Shown piece after piece: positions 12,493 to 24,292 of a stretch of DNA of 64,000 nucleotides. The position numbers were made by a program, and so were the translations under genes. The stretch spans positions 7,319,241 through 7,383,240 of the forward strand of contig OZ316899.1 of the NCBI GenBank assembly GCA_973895155.1. The letters run 5' to 3'. Numbering within the stretch: the stretch's first letter is position 1; every line of letters starts with the position of its first letter. The stretch comes from Marsupella aquatica (Eukaryota; Plantae; Marchantiophyta). The notes under the pieces are model-generated. The model worked only from the letters and a program-made list of their open reading frames with translations. It was not told the DNA's origin and made no database searches.

Positions 12493-15400
12493 AGCTGCTT
12501 CTGCATGGAAAGCAACCACTGGAGTGTCCTCACAGAGTGTAACTGCCAATCTGAACACTTCTGCAGGACCAACTCCCAAGTTCAGCATGTCTATCGCTGA
12601 AAATAATGGGGTGCGTACTATGGCAGTAGCCGCCCCCAGCAGGGTACCTATCATCCCTACTACATCATTCACTACCTGATTCTGCCAACTTACCCACGCC
12701 AGGGTTTGTCCGAACCGGGTTCATAGAGGCAATATGAACTGTCTCTGACAATGTGGATTGAGGAAGCTTTGTCTGCCAACATGCATCCCCCCTCTGTGGA
12801 TCTAGCTCCACTATTGCTCCTTGGGGCTCAAGAGCTTTGGCTGCCCCACGTGTCAAAGCTGCTGATGCATCAATATGTGCAGTGCCACACATGAATCCCA
12901 TGGTGGCAAGGTCTCCATCATCTCCATAAGATGTGGAAGGACCATGGGATGTGGAAGGTCCATAGGATGTAAATGCCCCATCACCAGAAGTAGGTCTCAC
13001 CTGGGAACTAGCCATGGCAGCTTTTTGTTGCTCCAATTGAGCAATCTTAGCATCCTTTGGATCTATGGTTATAGTAGGGGCAACGTCACCTCCCTGTCTC
13101 CTTGCATGTGGCATGCCACGACCACGTCCACCACCTCTACCTCCTCCTCCTCTTCCCTGATCATGTGTACGGGATCCTCCTCTCCGTAACTCAAGATGGA
13201 GTGAGAAACACCTATCCTTGGTGTGTCCAAGAGCTCCACAGTGATCACACTGTCGCTGATCAGGCGCTGATGCTCCCCCTGATCCTCTATGATCTGGGCA
13301 ATATCTCTGTGCATGATCCCCACCACAGGTCCAACATCCTGACTGCTGTCCAGCATAAGAGGGCACAGGTCTCTGGCTGGTAGACTCTCGTGCAGTAGGC
13401 TTCTCCCTCTGGCTCTTCCGTGCAATAGGCTGTGGTGTGGATGTAGATGCAGCCTTTGGTGCTTCCTTGGCAAATCCGGAAGTCACCACCTTCTCATTCA
13501 CCATATTGAGCTCAATACGCTCAGAAAGGGTAAAAACAACTGCTAATGTGGGATATGCATCCTTAAGAAGGGTGACATCTCTCACTCTGCATTGCAATTC
13601 TCTATCCAAAATTGCATACCAAAACTGGACTGCTTGAGCCTCTATCACTCCCTTGGTGACAGTGATCAATCTGCGCATACGAGTGTATGCCTCACGTAGA
13701 CTCTCTCTAGTCTTGCGTTGGAACTCCTGGAGACCCTTCAACTTATCAGTTCTCACACCCTGATAGTTCTGCTTCAGTACCTCAAAGAATTCCACCATAA
13801 GGTTAAATGTTGGCGCAACTCCAGTTCCTGTCACAATCACACCGGCAGGAGTAGCGGTGGATGCTGCTGGAGTGCTGTTGGTGGATGGAGTGTCACTTTG
13901 GCTAGTGCTGCTAGAAGAAGCAGCAGCTGTGGCAATGGGTTGGGTAGCCGCACTAGTGCCATAGGTGATGGACACGTAATTAGGCGACCAATGCTGGCTC
14001 CATGCCTCAATCTCAACCAAATGAGCCTTCCAAAACTCATGGTAGTCATCCATGGGTGGCCCCTCCAAATGCTGAAATAATCCCTTCCATGCCATGGAAG
14101 GGGTAAACAACGTGGCGTTACGCAATGTCTGCATATCGCACCACGTATCAAACTCCTGGATGAAGTCATCCAGATCAATTGTGCCAACTGCACCAGAGTA
14201 TCGTCGTGGGCCCTTCGTAGCCCCGTACATCTCGTCCATATCCCACAACAAAGGTGCAACCACCTGATGACGAGGAGAACTGGTCATTGAGTCCTCGTCG
14301 GAATCACTGTCTGAAGCTGCACTACTGACTGCAACCAATTTCACTGGCCGAAACTGCGCCCCACTCCGAGTGAAACCGGTCCGTCGTCCATTGGGTAACC
14401 CAGCAGTGCCAAAAGAATCCGTGGTGACCAACCTAACCTAATCTATATGCTAACCCTAAGGGCAATCTGTCCCTGTCAGCAACACAAACACTCACCATGG
14501 TGTGTTGGGCATCAGTCCAACACCACCAGGAGAAAAATATGTAGCACAACTAGAATGTCCGGTTGCAAACCCGGATCACTCCTATAGAATCATGCGCCCA
14601 CGCCAAACTAACATGGCGCATAAACAGGAAGCATGTGTGGAGAGGATCCAGAAACAAAAATGGATACCATTCAACTCTCCACACAAAAGCAAATGCAAAT
14701 CAATATGACAATGTGCAAAGGTTCAGGGAAGAGCCTTCATAATAGGCTTCACAATGGCACTCCAATGTTGTAGATGAGAATCAAGGCAAAATTGGTTCAA
14801 TCTATGACTCTAGATGGACTCAAAAGTATCAAAAACCCTAAAATAGCCTCTGATTTGGCCTAGAATAGGCCTCTAAACAAATCAGGAAGTGTATAAAGCC
14901 CTCTGGCGCTTGAATCTAAACAACAAGTTGTGAAAGCTTGTGTGTGCACAAGGTGGGATGAGAATTTGCCAGTTAAGCGCTTGTGGCTGGGAATAGCCCC
15001 GGGATTGGTGACCTCGCGCTTCACCTTGCGCTCGCGACTCGGAATAGCCCTCATGCCTCCCCTCGCGCTCACCGCCCGGAATAGCCCCGGGATGGGTGCC
15101 CTCGACCTCGCGCCTGCCTGCGCTCGTGATGGGTGACTTTGCGCTCGCGGTTGGGAGCACTTTCGGGATGGGTGACCTTGCGCGCCTCACACCTGACCCC
15201 AAAAATGACTACTTCCTTCACAAAAAGCTCTCAAAAACTGTCGATTTCCTTCACAAAAAGTTGTCGACCACCAGGAACCCAAAAATTGTCAAAAGCTCTT
15301 TTCTTTTCTTCCCCAAAAATGGAACAAACATCGACCAAACGATATGCAGATTCACATCTACAGAGCAGCCCACTACATGCACAAATCCTTATCAAAGAGC

Positions 15401-15765
15401 TCACAATAATCACCCAATCAACTTATCAAAGGCTTCACAATGATCGGACGGCACCACCGATCTGCTTGAGAACTCTGTCCAAAAACCGTCAACAGCAGAG
15501 CTTCAAAACTCGGATCTCCCACTTCAGATCCGTTACCAACAACCAACCAAGATGCCAACGATCTATTCAATACGATCCAAGCTACCACGGATCCACACAA
15601 CGATTTCCCCAAACCGTCGCCAACTCAATCAACACATACGAACTTCTGTTTGCACAGTCCGCACAACAGAGTTCGCATCTGATCTTTCAATGTAATCTCC
15701 ACAATCAATCGGCACAACAATCGACGCCAACAATACGCACTCAATCCCGTCCGATCCGATCATAC
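12493..15765 (-). mobile_element. Second, doubly truncated copy of the DNMT-Gypsy family (5' leader and gag)
   Basis: High similarity to ~6440-8640 and ~9650-9825. Breaks into the LINE at 12492/12493 and into the transposase at ~15765 without TSD. Confidence 0.88.
12665..14431 (-). CDS. Gypsy Gag protein with two CCHC zinc knuckles (588 aa, open)
   Basis: Long open ORF: DLDDFIQEFDTWC, FQRKTRESLREAYTRM, CWTCGGDHAQRYC, CDHCGALGHTKDRC, RGG-rich tract. Start codon uncertain. Confidence 0.85.
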   Translation of the reverse strand: MVTTDSFGTAGLPNGRRTGFTRSGAQFRPVKLVAVSSAASDSDSDEDSMTSSPRHQVVAPLLWDMDEMYGATKGPRRYSGAVGTIDLDDFIQEFDTWCDMQTLRNATLFTPSMAWKGLFQHLEGPPMDDYHEFWKAHLVEIEAWSQHWSPNYVSITYGTSAATQPIATAAASSSSTSQSDTPSTNSTPAASTATPAGVIVTGTGVAPTFNLMVEFFEVLKQNYQGVRTDKLKGLQEFQRKTRESLREAYTRMRRLITVTKGVIEAQAVQFWYAILDRELQCRVRDVTLLKDAYPTLAVVFTLSERIELNMVNEKVVTSGFAKEAPKAASTSTPQPIARKSQREKPTARESTSQRPVPSYAGQQSGCWTCGGDHAQRYCPDHRGSGGASAPDQRQCDHCGALGHTKDRCFSLHLELRRGGSRTHDQGRGGGGRGGGRGRGMPHARRQGGDVAPTITIDPKDAKIAQLEQQKAAMASSQVRPTSGDGAFTSYGPSTSHGPSTSYGDDGDLATMGFMCGTAHIDASAALTRGAAKALEPQGAIVELDPQRGDACWQTKLPQSTLSETVHIASMNPVRTNPGVGKLAESGSE

Positions 15766-17810
15766 ACATCTTTGAGTCATGAGCTCCACAGATTGAGCCC
15801 AACAAAAAGCGTCTAACCGCTCTTGCTTTTTGTTAACCTTACCATCCCAGAAGATATTCCTAATAGAAGTCCACCCTGCTTGTGCGTTATCAGCTATAAA
15901 GCCATGGAATTGAAGGAATTCAATGAGCCTGACAAACCCTCTTACATACTCTCCAAGCAGTTTCAAGAGCCACAGTATTTTTGATTGTAACTCGTAGATG
16001 AAAATGGTGGAGAGGGCTCGGGGGCCTCAATCCAAAGGGTGTCCCATATCACGCTCGAAGTTTTGGGGGAATAAACACCCTAAAAGTTAAGTCAATAAAG
16101 TTTTCTTTAGGAATTCTTTTACCCCTAACTTAATGAAATATTCCAAGAATATTCTCATATTTGATTTTTAAAAACCCTATGATTCTTATAATTGTCAAAA
16201 TTGGATTAAAATAACCCTAATGTTCTTCAACAAAGATTAAAAAGTATTTCACTAAACCCAATAAAAAACCCTATACTTATTCGCGCATGATGGGTTGGAA
16301 GAAAAGAAGTGAGGACCCCGGGGGAGAGGGCTTGCAATTTATGATAGTACACATGCACCGACATAGGCAACCAGTCCTCTTCACTCCTATGCATTACATC
16401 GGACATGACCCAACAGTCTCCAAGATCCCCCCTGGGTTGCATGCGTCAAATGAGTTCCAATGAATCCAGATCTTGGTCCATCAATACTCATCTTGAAAAT
16501 ATGTGGGTGCTCTTTCGTTCCCAAATTTTGTCCTGGGAAGAGTACACTCTGTACAAATGAGAAGATTTTTTCGTTTTGTAGCTCAAGTATCTGAGAAATA
16601 TTGGACTCCTTATGCTGGTACTTCTTCAAACTTCTCACCAGCTTTCGGATGGTTGATCCGTCATTCAAGATTCCCAAAGTCTCATCGAAATACTGCACTT
16701 CTTGTTGTGTGAGTGTTGTTCAACATGATTTTTGAACATCTCCTTCAAAGCACGGACAGTCTCACGCTTTAGATCAGTGGGTGTTGCAGTTGGTGTCTTT
16801 ATGGCAGCCTTTGCAAACAAGCTTTCAAGCAATGCCCGTCGTTGCCAATTTTGCGTATATTTAGGAGGGTGGGTATGATTTCCGTGATGTATTGCCCCCC
16901 GAGACATGTGAATATATTCGTCTCTAGGTGTGTTTGGGCTAGGATTGATGTACCACATAACTGCAGGACAAGATCTGATACAAACAGGAGACTGGTGGCA
17001 ACATGAACAGACCATACTCTCAGTGGGAACCCTTTTTCCTGGCGGGAATGGTTTTTGGGTCCCCTTAATTACGTCCCACTCGACTGCGTTCTCCCCATCT
17101 TTCTCCGTTCAAAGACCACATCTTGGATTGTTGCAAACAAGAGACCCGACGCATCGGACCGACCCAATCTTGTACATGTGCTTACGGCCATCAAATTATG
17201 GGCCAATTTGGGCAGTTGTCTCAGTCATCTTTCCCCAAATGTAGCAGTCAGACTTGCGGTCCATGCCTTTCAAAAAAGTGCCCTTACAATGCTCACCAGT
17301 GTAGGGTGGGAATTCGTAAACATGATCTCCATCGTACAATTGAGGCAATTCAATGATTTGCTCAAAATCTTGCTTCCACAAGATTGTCTTCGCAAGATTG
17401 ACAAAATTGCTGCTTCCTGAACCTTTGAGGATGGCAGAAATTACACTGATGAGGAAGTTATCAAGCTGGATACCAGGCCAACCATGATAGTGATTGATGT
17501 CCCGAGACGTCTTTGCTTCCTGTTTGGAAGGTTTCTCATCATCTTGACCTCCCAAAAATGTCTTGGATTCCATAGGAAACTTGTGGAGACTATATGAAGC
17601 TCCGTATTTGAGGAGCCAAATTTTTGCGTCTCCGAGACCCTCAAAGTCTGCAACAAATTCATCACGGTGATGGATTGAGAATTGTGTAGAGGTCAGGCCA
17701 AATCGCGTGGCGACCTCCTGGTGGAGTGTTCTTCGAAACGTTGTCCCAGGAACTTGAGGAAACAAAAGTGACTCCTCCCTTTCTCGACAAATGATCCGAA
17801 CCCCATTCAT
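15766..17810 (-). pseudogene. GCM-like Zn domain plus MULE-like DDE transposase, frameshifted, MITE-interrupted, C-terminally truncated
   Basis: RCVGSLVCNNPRC...CSCCHQSPVCIRSCPAVMWY...HHGNHTHP (GCM-like); KMSIDG...MQPRGDLGDCWVMSDVMHR...MSVHVY; FHGFIADNAQAGW...ERLDAFCWAQS (degenerate CxxH region). Confidence 0.7.
16017..16322. mobile_element. 306-bp MITE with 13-bp imperfect TIR and 8-bp TSD
   Basis: TSD GGAGAGGG at 16009-16016 and 16323-16330. TIR CTCGGGGGCCTCA vs reverse complement CCCGGGGTCCTCA (11/13). AT-rich interior. Excision restores KLQALSTIFIYELQS. Confidence 0.82.
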
Positions 17811-18059
17811 CGGAACGGACTTTTCAGAAATAGTCCACCTGACATTGGTCGTGGTCGCTTTTAGTTCAATGTAAATGTCCAGAATATGCCGTACTTATTA
17901 ACTATTTTCATGACTCTGTGTTGGATTTTGCACAGAGTTGATCGGACAAGGTACGATCTTTACTCAAGAAAGGACACTCTATTTGAGCAAATATGACTAA
18001 TATCATCGAAAACAAAAATAAAGGTCAGATTTAGGTCTCCTAACGTAAAGTTTGATATG

Positions 18060-18620
18060 TGAGCAAGGGTCGCCAAGTGTATCAAAAGGAATTGTTGAGG
18101 TAGTTTTGCATCTTCTAAGTCTCTCAATCACGAGTTTGATATTTCAGCAAGGGTTGCTGAAGTAATTGAAAAGAACTATGGAAGTCTGATTTTGCGTCAG
18201 TCGAGTCTATGATGTTGGTGTTCATCTCTCAGCGAGGATCGCCGACAGCATTCAAAATGAATTCTGGACGTTCGCCAAGAGTATCAAAAGGAATTGTCAA
18301 GGTAGTTTTGCATCTCCTAAGTCTCTCAATCCCGAGTTTCATATTTCAGCGAGGGTCGTTGAAGTGATTGAAAGGAATTTTGGAGGTCTGATTTTGCGTC
18401 AGTCAAGTCTATCATGCCGGTGTTTCATCTCTCAGCGAGGATCATCGATAGCATTTGAAATGAATTTTGGACATGATTTTGCGTTGGATAAGTCTATGAA
18501 TTGGGAGTTTCAGGTCTCAGCAAGGGTTGCCAAGGGAATTGAAATGATATAAGTGGTGGTTTTGGGTTATTTTAGTCTCTTCAACGGTCTTTGATATCTC
18601 AGCAAGGGTTGCTGAAGTCT
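18060..18620. repeat. Degenerate ~84-bp tandem array (with a 202-bp higher-order duplication), one palindromic motif per monomer
   Basis: CGCCAAG(T/A)GTATCAAAAGGAATTG at 18071 and 18273. Motifs at ~18060, 18143, 18228, 18345, 18431, 18516, 18598. Confidence 0.75.
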
Positions 18621-19067
18621 GAGAGGGTAAATTCATCTGCCCTTTCATGTTCTTGTTACTCAACGAGCCTCGAGTTGTTTTTTTGGGCATGAAATTTGTA
18701 GTCAAGACTATACAATTGTCTTTTCTTTTCAGGGTGGAGACGGTCGATATTTTTCTTATCAAGCGGGGCTGGGCCTTCTTGGTCTGGTCGGGACCTCTCT
18801 TGATTCTCAGCGAGGCTCGCCGAGCAAGTTTTGTGTTGAGGGAAGATGTTTATTATTTATGTACTTCACCGTCAGATTGTGACGGGTGTCAAAATCTTGG
18901 TGGGTTAATTGTGCGGACTAATCTCCCCGTACCTTGGGTACTTTGTTTAGTTTGTTGGATCTTGAATCTTGTTACCTCAAATGGAGCTCCCTGGTGGATT
19001 TTGTAGTTAGGGTGGGTAGATATGAGGGCAATGGAATGGCGCTGGATGATTCTTGTTTAGAGTTGGA

Positions 19068-19819
19068 AGGTTTGTGGAGATAAGTCCTGCCCTCATTTTT
19101 GTTTACTCTGAGGTTTTCAGCTTGGGGTTCATTGAGTACATGTTGTTGGAGAGATGGCAGGAGGTTTGTGGAGATAAGTCCTGCCCTCATTTTTGTTTAC
19201 TCTGAGGTTTTCAGCTTGGGGTTCATTGAGTACATGTTGTTGGAGAGATGGCAGGAGGTTTGTGGAGATAAGTCCTGCCCTCATTTTTGTTTACTCTGAG
19301 GTTTTCAGCTTGGGGTTCATTGAGTACATGTTGTTGGAGAGATGGCAGGAGGTTTGTGGAGATAAGTCCTGCCCTCATTTTTGTTTACTCTGAGGTTTTC
19401 AGCTTGGGGTTCATTGAGTACATGTTGTTGGAGAGATGGCAGGAGGTTTGTGGAGATAAGGCCTGCCCTCATTTTTGTTTACTCTGAGGTTTTCAGCTTG
19501 GGGTTCATTGAGTACATGTTGTTGGAGAGATGGCAGGAGGTTTGTGGAGATAAGGCCTGCCCTCATTTTTGTTTACTCTGAGGTTTTCAGCTTGGGGTTC
19601 ATTGAGTACATGTTGTTGGAGAGATGGCAGGAGGTTTGTGGAGATAAGGCCTGCCCTCATTTTTGTTTACTCTCAGGTTTTCAGCTTGGGGTTCATTGAG
19701 TACATGTTGTTGGAGAGATGGCAGGAGGTTTGTGGAGATAAGACCTGCCCTCATTTTTGTTTACTCTGAGGTTTTCAGCTTGGGGTTCATCAAGTACATG
19801 TTGTTGGAGAGATGGCAGG
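19068..19819. repeat. Near-perfect 94-bp tandem repeat, 8 copies
   Basis: Near-identical ORFs recur every 94 bp (19099, 19193 ... 19663). Only a few substitutions; variant block GTCC x4, GGCC x3, GACC x1. Confidence 0.97.
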
Positions 19820-19895
19820 GAAGAAAAAGAATTTTGAAGAAACACCTAGAGCATCACAAAAGTCTGTTTGATCGACAAGATCAAACGCTGTCCCC

Positions 19896-22800
19896 ATGGA
19901 TGTTGAGGGAACAGATGTTGACAAGGGGAAGCTTGTACCAAAACACTTGAATTTTGATTATCTCCCTACGGACCGCTTGAATGAGATCAAAGACAAGGGA
20001 ACTTTTGATACAATCATAAGTGACTTTGTTGTCAAGTTTGAGGGCCCAGGTGGGACAGCAATGGAAGCTCCAAGGATTCCTCTGTGCCAATTGATAACAA
20101 TGGAGGTGGTGAGAACACTCCAGCAATCTTTGTTGACTAAATTGAAGACTGATTTTTATGGTGAATGGATATTTCCCAAAGATGAATGAGTTCCATGTGA
20201 CTGAGTTCAACTTGGCCGGAGAGACCACATTGTTTGATAAATTTGAAGCAGATTGGGACCCAATATGGGTCAAGCTACATCAGGATTTTGAGGCTGAGTG
20301 TGATGCAATGGAGGATTTCAAGCAGCTGAAAGGGAAGATGTTTTATGTGTTTGAGAGAAACCATCGATTGAACGCTTGGATGGCTGTGGCAAATGAGTAT
20401 CCAAGTGAGATCAAATTCCATCCTTGAGTCAAATGCACAATTCTGAATCTCTGTGATTCCGGTTTGGATAATTGAGCAAGCAATGCACACGCTAAACGAG
20501 TGAGTGATCTATTTCTGTTCTAGTTCAGATCATTTAGGGTTGCAAATATATTCATACTATGTTTACTTAGAATCAACGCAAAAGTTTTGGCGCATGGATG
20601 TTTAGGTTTCCTGATATATTGATACTCTGTTTACTTAGGATGAGCGCAAATGTTGTGGAGACATCATGGCTTACGGATGCAGATTGCGCCAAAAAGATCT
20701 TAGGAACAAAATTGGAGGAGTACAAGCCACTATTAGGTGGTGGAATCTATGAAAAGTTTCTTTTGCAGAGAGATAAGTGTCCAAGAGCCGGTTGGTATCA
20801 AGAAAACCTAACAATCGATGCGGCTGCCTATATAATGTCATGGGCAAATATCGAAGCTGGTCAAGTGAACATGGCAAAACTGATAGAGAAAGATAAAGAA
20901 AAGGGCTTTCCATGGAGTGAGGAGGACTTCAAGCGCGAGGTTCAAGCAATGACGGATATGTGCACAAAAGACTGGACTGCTAAGTTGCCAAAGTTAGCCA
21001 CTATTGTAAATCCAATTCACGGAGATTGGTGGTTGGAGTTGTGTGGAGAATTGTATAGAAAGTGTGAGATTGATCGGAAGATGAATCATTCGGCACTTTC
21101 CTGTGGCTTAGATAGAGCTAGAATGTTTGTTGGGAAGGGATTATGCAACAAACTGCAAAACAAATTGTTGGAAGTTCACTATGTGGGGCTTGAGATGAAA
21201 AAATAATATTTCCATCCTGATAGCTACTCCGAGAAGGAAATCAAAGCTTGGTTGAACTCATGGGCAACGTGGGCTTATATAGACCTGGTTGGATGTCAGA
21301 TTTTGACCCATTTTGCTCAAACAGGCATTGCTCAAGACAAAGTTCAAAACTTTGAAATTCAGCCAAATGTTGAAAATGTAGAAGTAGAGGTATCCCAATT
21401 TTGTGACATGCATGTTGAAAACTACAAGGCGTATATTAGGGAAAAATCCTTTGAATTTGGGAAGAAGACTTGGAATCCTACTAAGTTTAACAAGCCCATG
21501 TGGAGAAAGAGAGCAAAGCGCTATGTCGTGAGATACTTACTTGAAGGTGAGAAGAGTGGAAACTCTACCTGGAAAGTTCTCCCTGTTGCTCTTACAGTTT
21601 GGATGGACACCAAGAGTGCTTGTTTGATGTATCCATTTGATGGAGCCTGCCCTAAAGGGAGCACACTCCATGTCTGGGAGCGTCAGAATCGTCCATGGTA
21701 TCTAGAGTACAACGATTGGAACTACTATCCTGTTGAGGTTGAGAAGGATGCAGCAAAAACTATCAAGAAAGGGAATTTTCCCGACAGTTATGGATTTGAA
21801 ACCAACAAGCTCCATCGCAAGGATAACTCGTTGCAACTTGCGAATTCTGCCAAAAGGTGAGATTGAGATTGACGAGAAAAAGACGCGAGCTCCAGTTGAG
21901 AAGAAATCCATCTCAGATACCAGTTTGGATCACGACAGGGCAAAAGGTAAGTTATTTGAATCAATGTTTGTAGCTACGGTGCTTGTTTAGCGCTTATTTG
22001 GTGCTTTGAATTTTGACAGTTGAGTTTCTCACTTCAGATCCAAAGTCCTTGACTAAGTTAAGAAGTCCAAGATCGACCGGGAGCAAGGTCTCGGCGGACC
22101 ATTTCCCAAATGCCAAATCGAACAATCACCATGATGATGAGGATGACAATGAAATTGAGGCTTAGGATAAAGATAACGAGAGTCAGTCAAGACTCCAGAT
22201 GCCGCCAACAGGATTGCCTGAAGAAGGGAGACAAAGCCACAAGGAGACAAAGAAAAGGGTTGATGAAACCAACAGCAGGACAAAGCGATTTGATCCAAAG
22301 AGAACACCAAGGCGGGAGGGAAAGAATGTCCTTAAGCAAGAAGAGGACGGAACATAATTCTACAGACTAGTCAGGTTAAATCATTTGCTACATCTTCCCT
22401 CCCAATTTCTTCACTTTCACGGGATCCTCCTTGACATTAATGCCTCCTTCCAAAAGCATGGTTAGCACCCGATCATTCAGAAGTATAGTGCATGGTGTAA
22501 CCAATTGAGAAGTGACGTATTTTACAAAAAACTTGGAAAGTCCATGGCCACAAAAAAAGGGTTGCGGTGGACTTAATGATTCTTCAGCTCGGGACAGACA
22601 CTAACAAAGATATCAAGAAATATGTCATCCCCAAATGGAATCGGTTCCGGAGCACCAATCTAGATTTTGTTCTAGAATTTGCGGATACTTTTATGGCCAA
22701 TTCTGGTTTTCTTTGCATTATCCACAGTGGTTCGCTTGGCCACTCTTCTATTATCCATGAGTTGCTCGACCGTGACGGCACAGATTTCCAGCACCACTTG

Positions 22801-24105
22801 TCTCTCGTTGTTTGGAATCAAACACCGACATACGAACCCATATAAAAATACACGGTATTGTCTGCCTCGTTCTCCCACCTTCTCATTATTTCATGGATTG
22901 TTTTGACTCTAGAAAGAATCAACAAGGGTCGCTGAGAACCACAAACCAAGTTTTTTTCAGTTGCGGTTTTTCACGGAGGCTGTTTCGGCGAGCCTCGCTG
23001 AGATGGTCCTCCGATGTTATTCGCCTTGATTTTGTGCCCAAGTTCAATTCCCCTATAACATTTCTTTTATTTGTTGCAGAGCAAATACTTCAGGTTGGAA
23101 GTTGTCGGAACTAAAGGTGTAAGTCCAAAACTCCCAAGAGAATTTGTTTTGAATATCTTGAGCAATCTGAATCTTGTGAGTAGGAATGCTCTTTCAAGTT
23201 ACACAACACCGGGGGTCGATTCAAGCAACGACATGTGCGCGAGAACCCTATCCGCCGGAACACTCCAGTCCATCATTGAATTCTTGACTGCACCACAAGA
23301 TATTATCTTTGATTGGAATGTGCATTTTGAAGCGATATACCAGGCGGGAGAGAATTGTGGTCAACTAGTGTTTGGGGTTGAAGGATGGGATTACTTTGGC
23401 GACTCAGCAAAAAGGATTTGCGATCAATACCTGTCCAAAGCGGCCGTGATTGCCACTGCGGATCCCGATGACTCCGAAAGTCCAAAGAAGAAACGGAAAA
23501 CAAAACTAAAGGCAAGAACTGGGATGAGACACTTGAACATCTTGGACAATGATGTTGGATTTTGTCCTTTACCTCTTTGACAAAGGCGGTGGATGACAAC
23601 GAGGATAGTGACTCTAGTAAGTAACCATGTTTCCTGTTTGAATGAATGTATCACATTATTTGTTATCTACTTTGATTCGCTCCCGCATTAACTCGATTCC
23701 ATCCCTCGATAACACGAGTATCACATCGACTACCGATTTACTGCCGAATAAGCAGTCAAAAACAGGGACTGTGGAAGTGAGGAGTGGTTGGCTGTTGAAA
23801 GGAATAAAGTGACAAAAGCCTGGCAGCTTGCTGAAATGAATTCAACTCCTTCACAGCCACTTAAGCTTCCTTCTTATGCTGAGCTGGCCGCAAGGCAATC
23901 AGTATTATACAAGAGGCTGGTTAAAATAGGCGACCACAAAAAACAAGAACTTAGGAGAAGCAATCTGTATATGGATGATCTTGCTGTAGAGAGTATCGAA
24001 CCTGATGGAAGCAATAGTGGAGAGAAGAGTGATAATGATGATTTGCCACATTCAGAAATATCTGTTTCAGGGACCAGTGAGGAAGGCGAATATGCTAGTG
24101 AATAA
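19896..24105 (+). pseudogene. Large multi-exon gene: ParB/Srx-like N-terminal domain, uncharacterised middle, degenerate beta-class N4C/N6A MTase-like C-terminal domain
   Basis: RIPLCQL...VR...LKTDF..GY...KMFYVFERNHRLNAW (GNHR-like; AGA is one change from GGA). MTase-like parts: VDLMILQLG...IPKWN...LDFVLEFADTFMANSGFLCIIH (22567-22845) and LQSIIEFLTAPQDIIFDWNVHFEAIYQAGENCGQLVFGVE (~23260-23380). GT-AG introns, e.g. 20500-20638. Several frameshifts. Confidence 0.6.
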
Positions 24106-24292
24106 TTCAACGGCTTTAGAAGCAAGTAGCTGGCAGGGTATTTGTATCGCAATGTACTTTGTATTGAGCATTTATAATTACTAAGATAGTATCCTATGCT
24201 TTGCAATTGCAGCACGGAGTAAGATCTGTGGGAGGGAGGAAGTCGATACCAAGTCTAGGAAGTCAATTCAGGGTCAGCAACTCGAGGGTGAA

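Noticed and set aside
12292-12672. 126-aa ORF as a gene
   Set aside because: Chimera across the Gypsy/LINE deletion junction.
19068-19819. CRISPR array or repeated 66-aa peptide genes
   Set aside because: Units are contiguous with no unique spacers and no cas genes; 94 is not a multiple of 3, so the ORFs are by-products.
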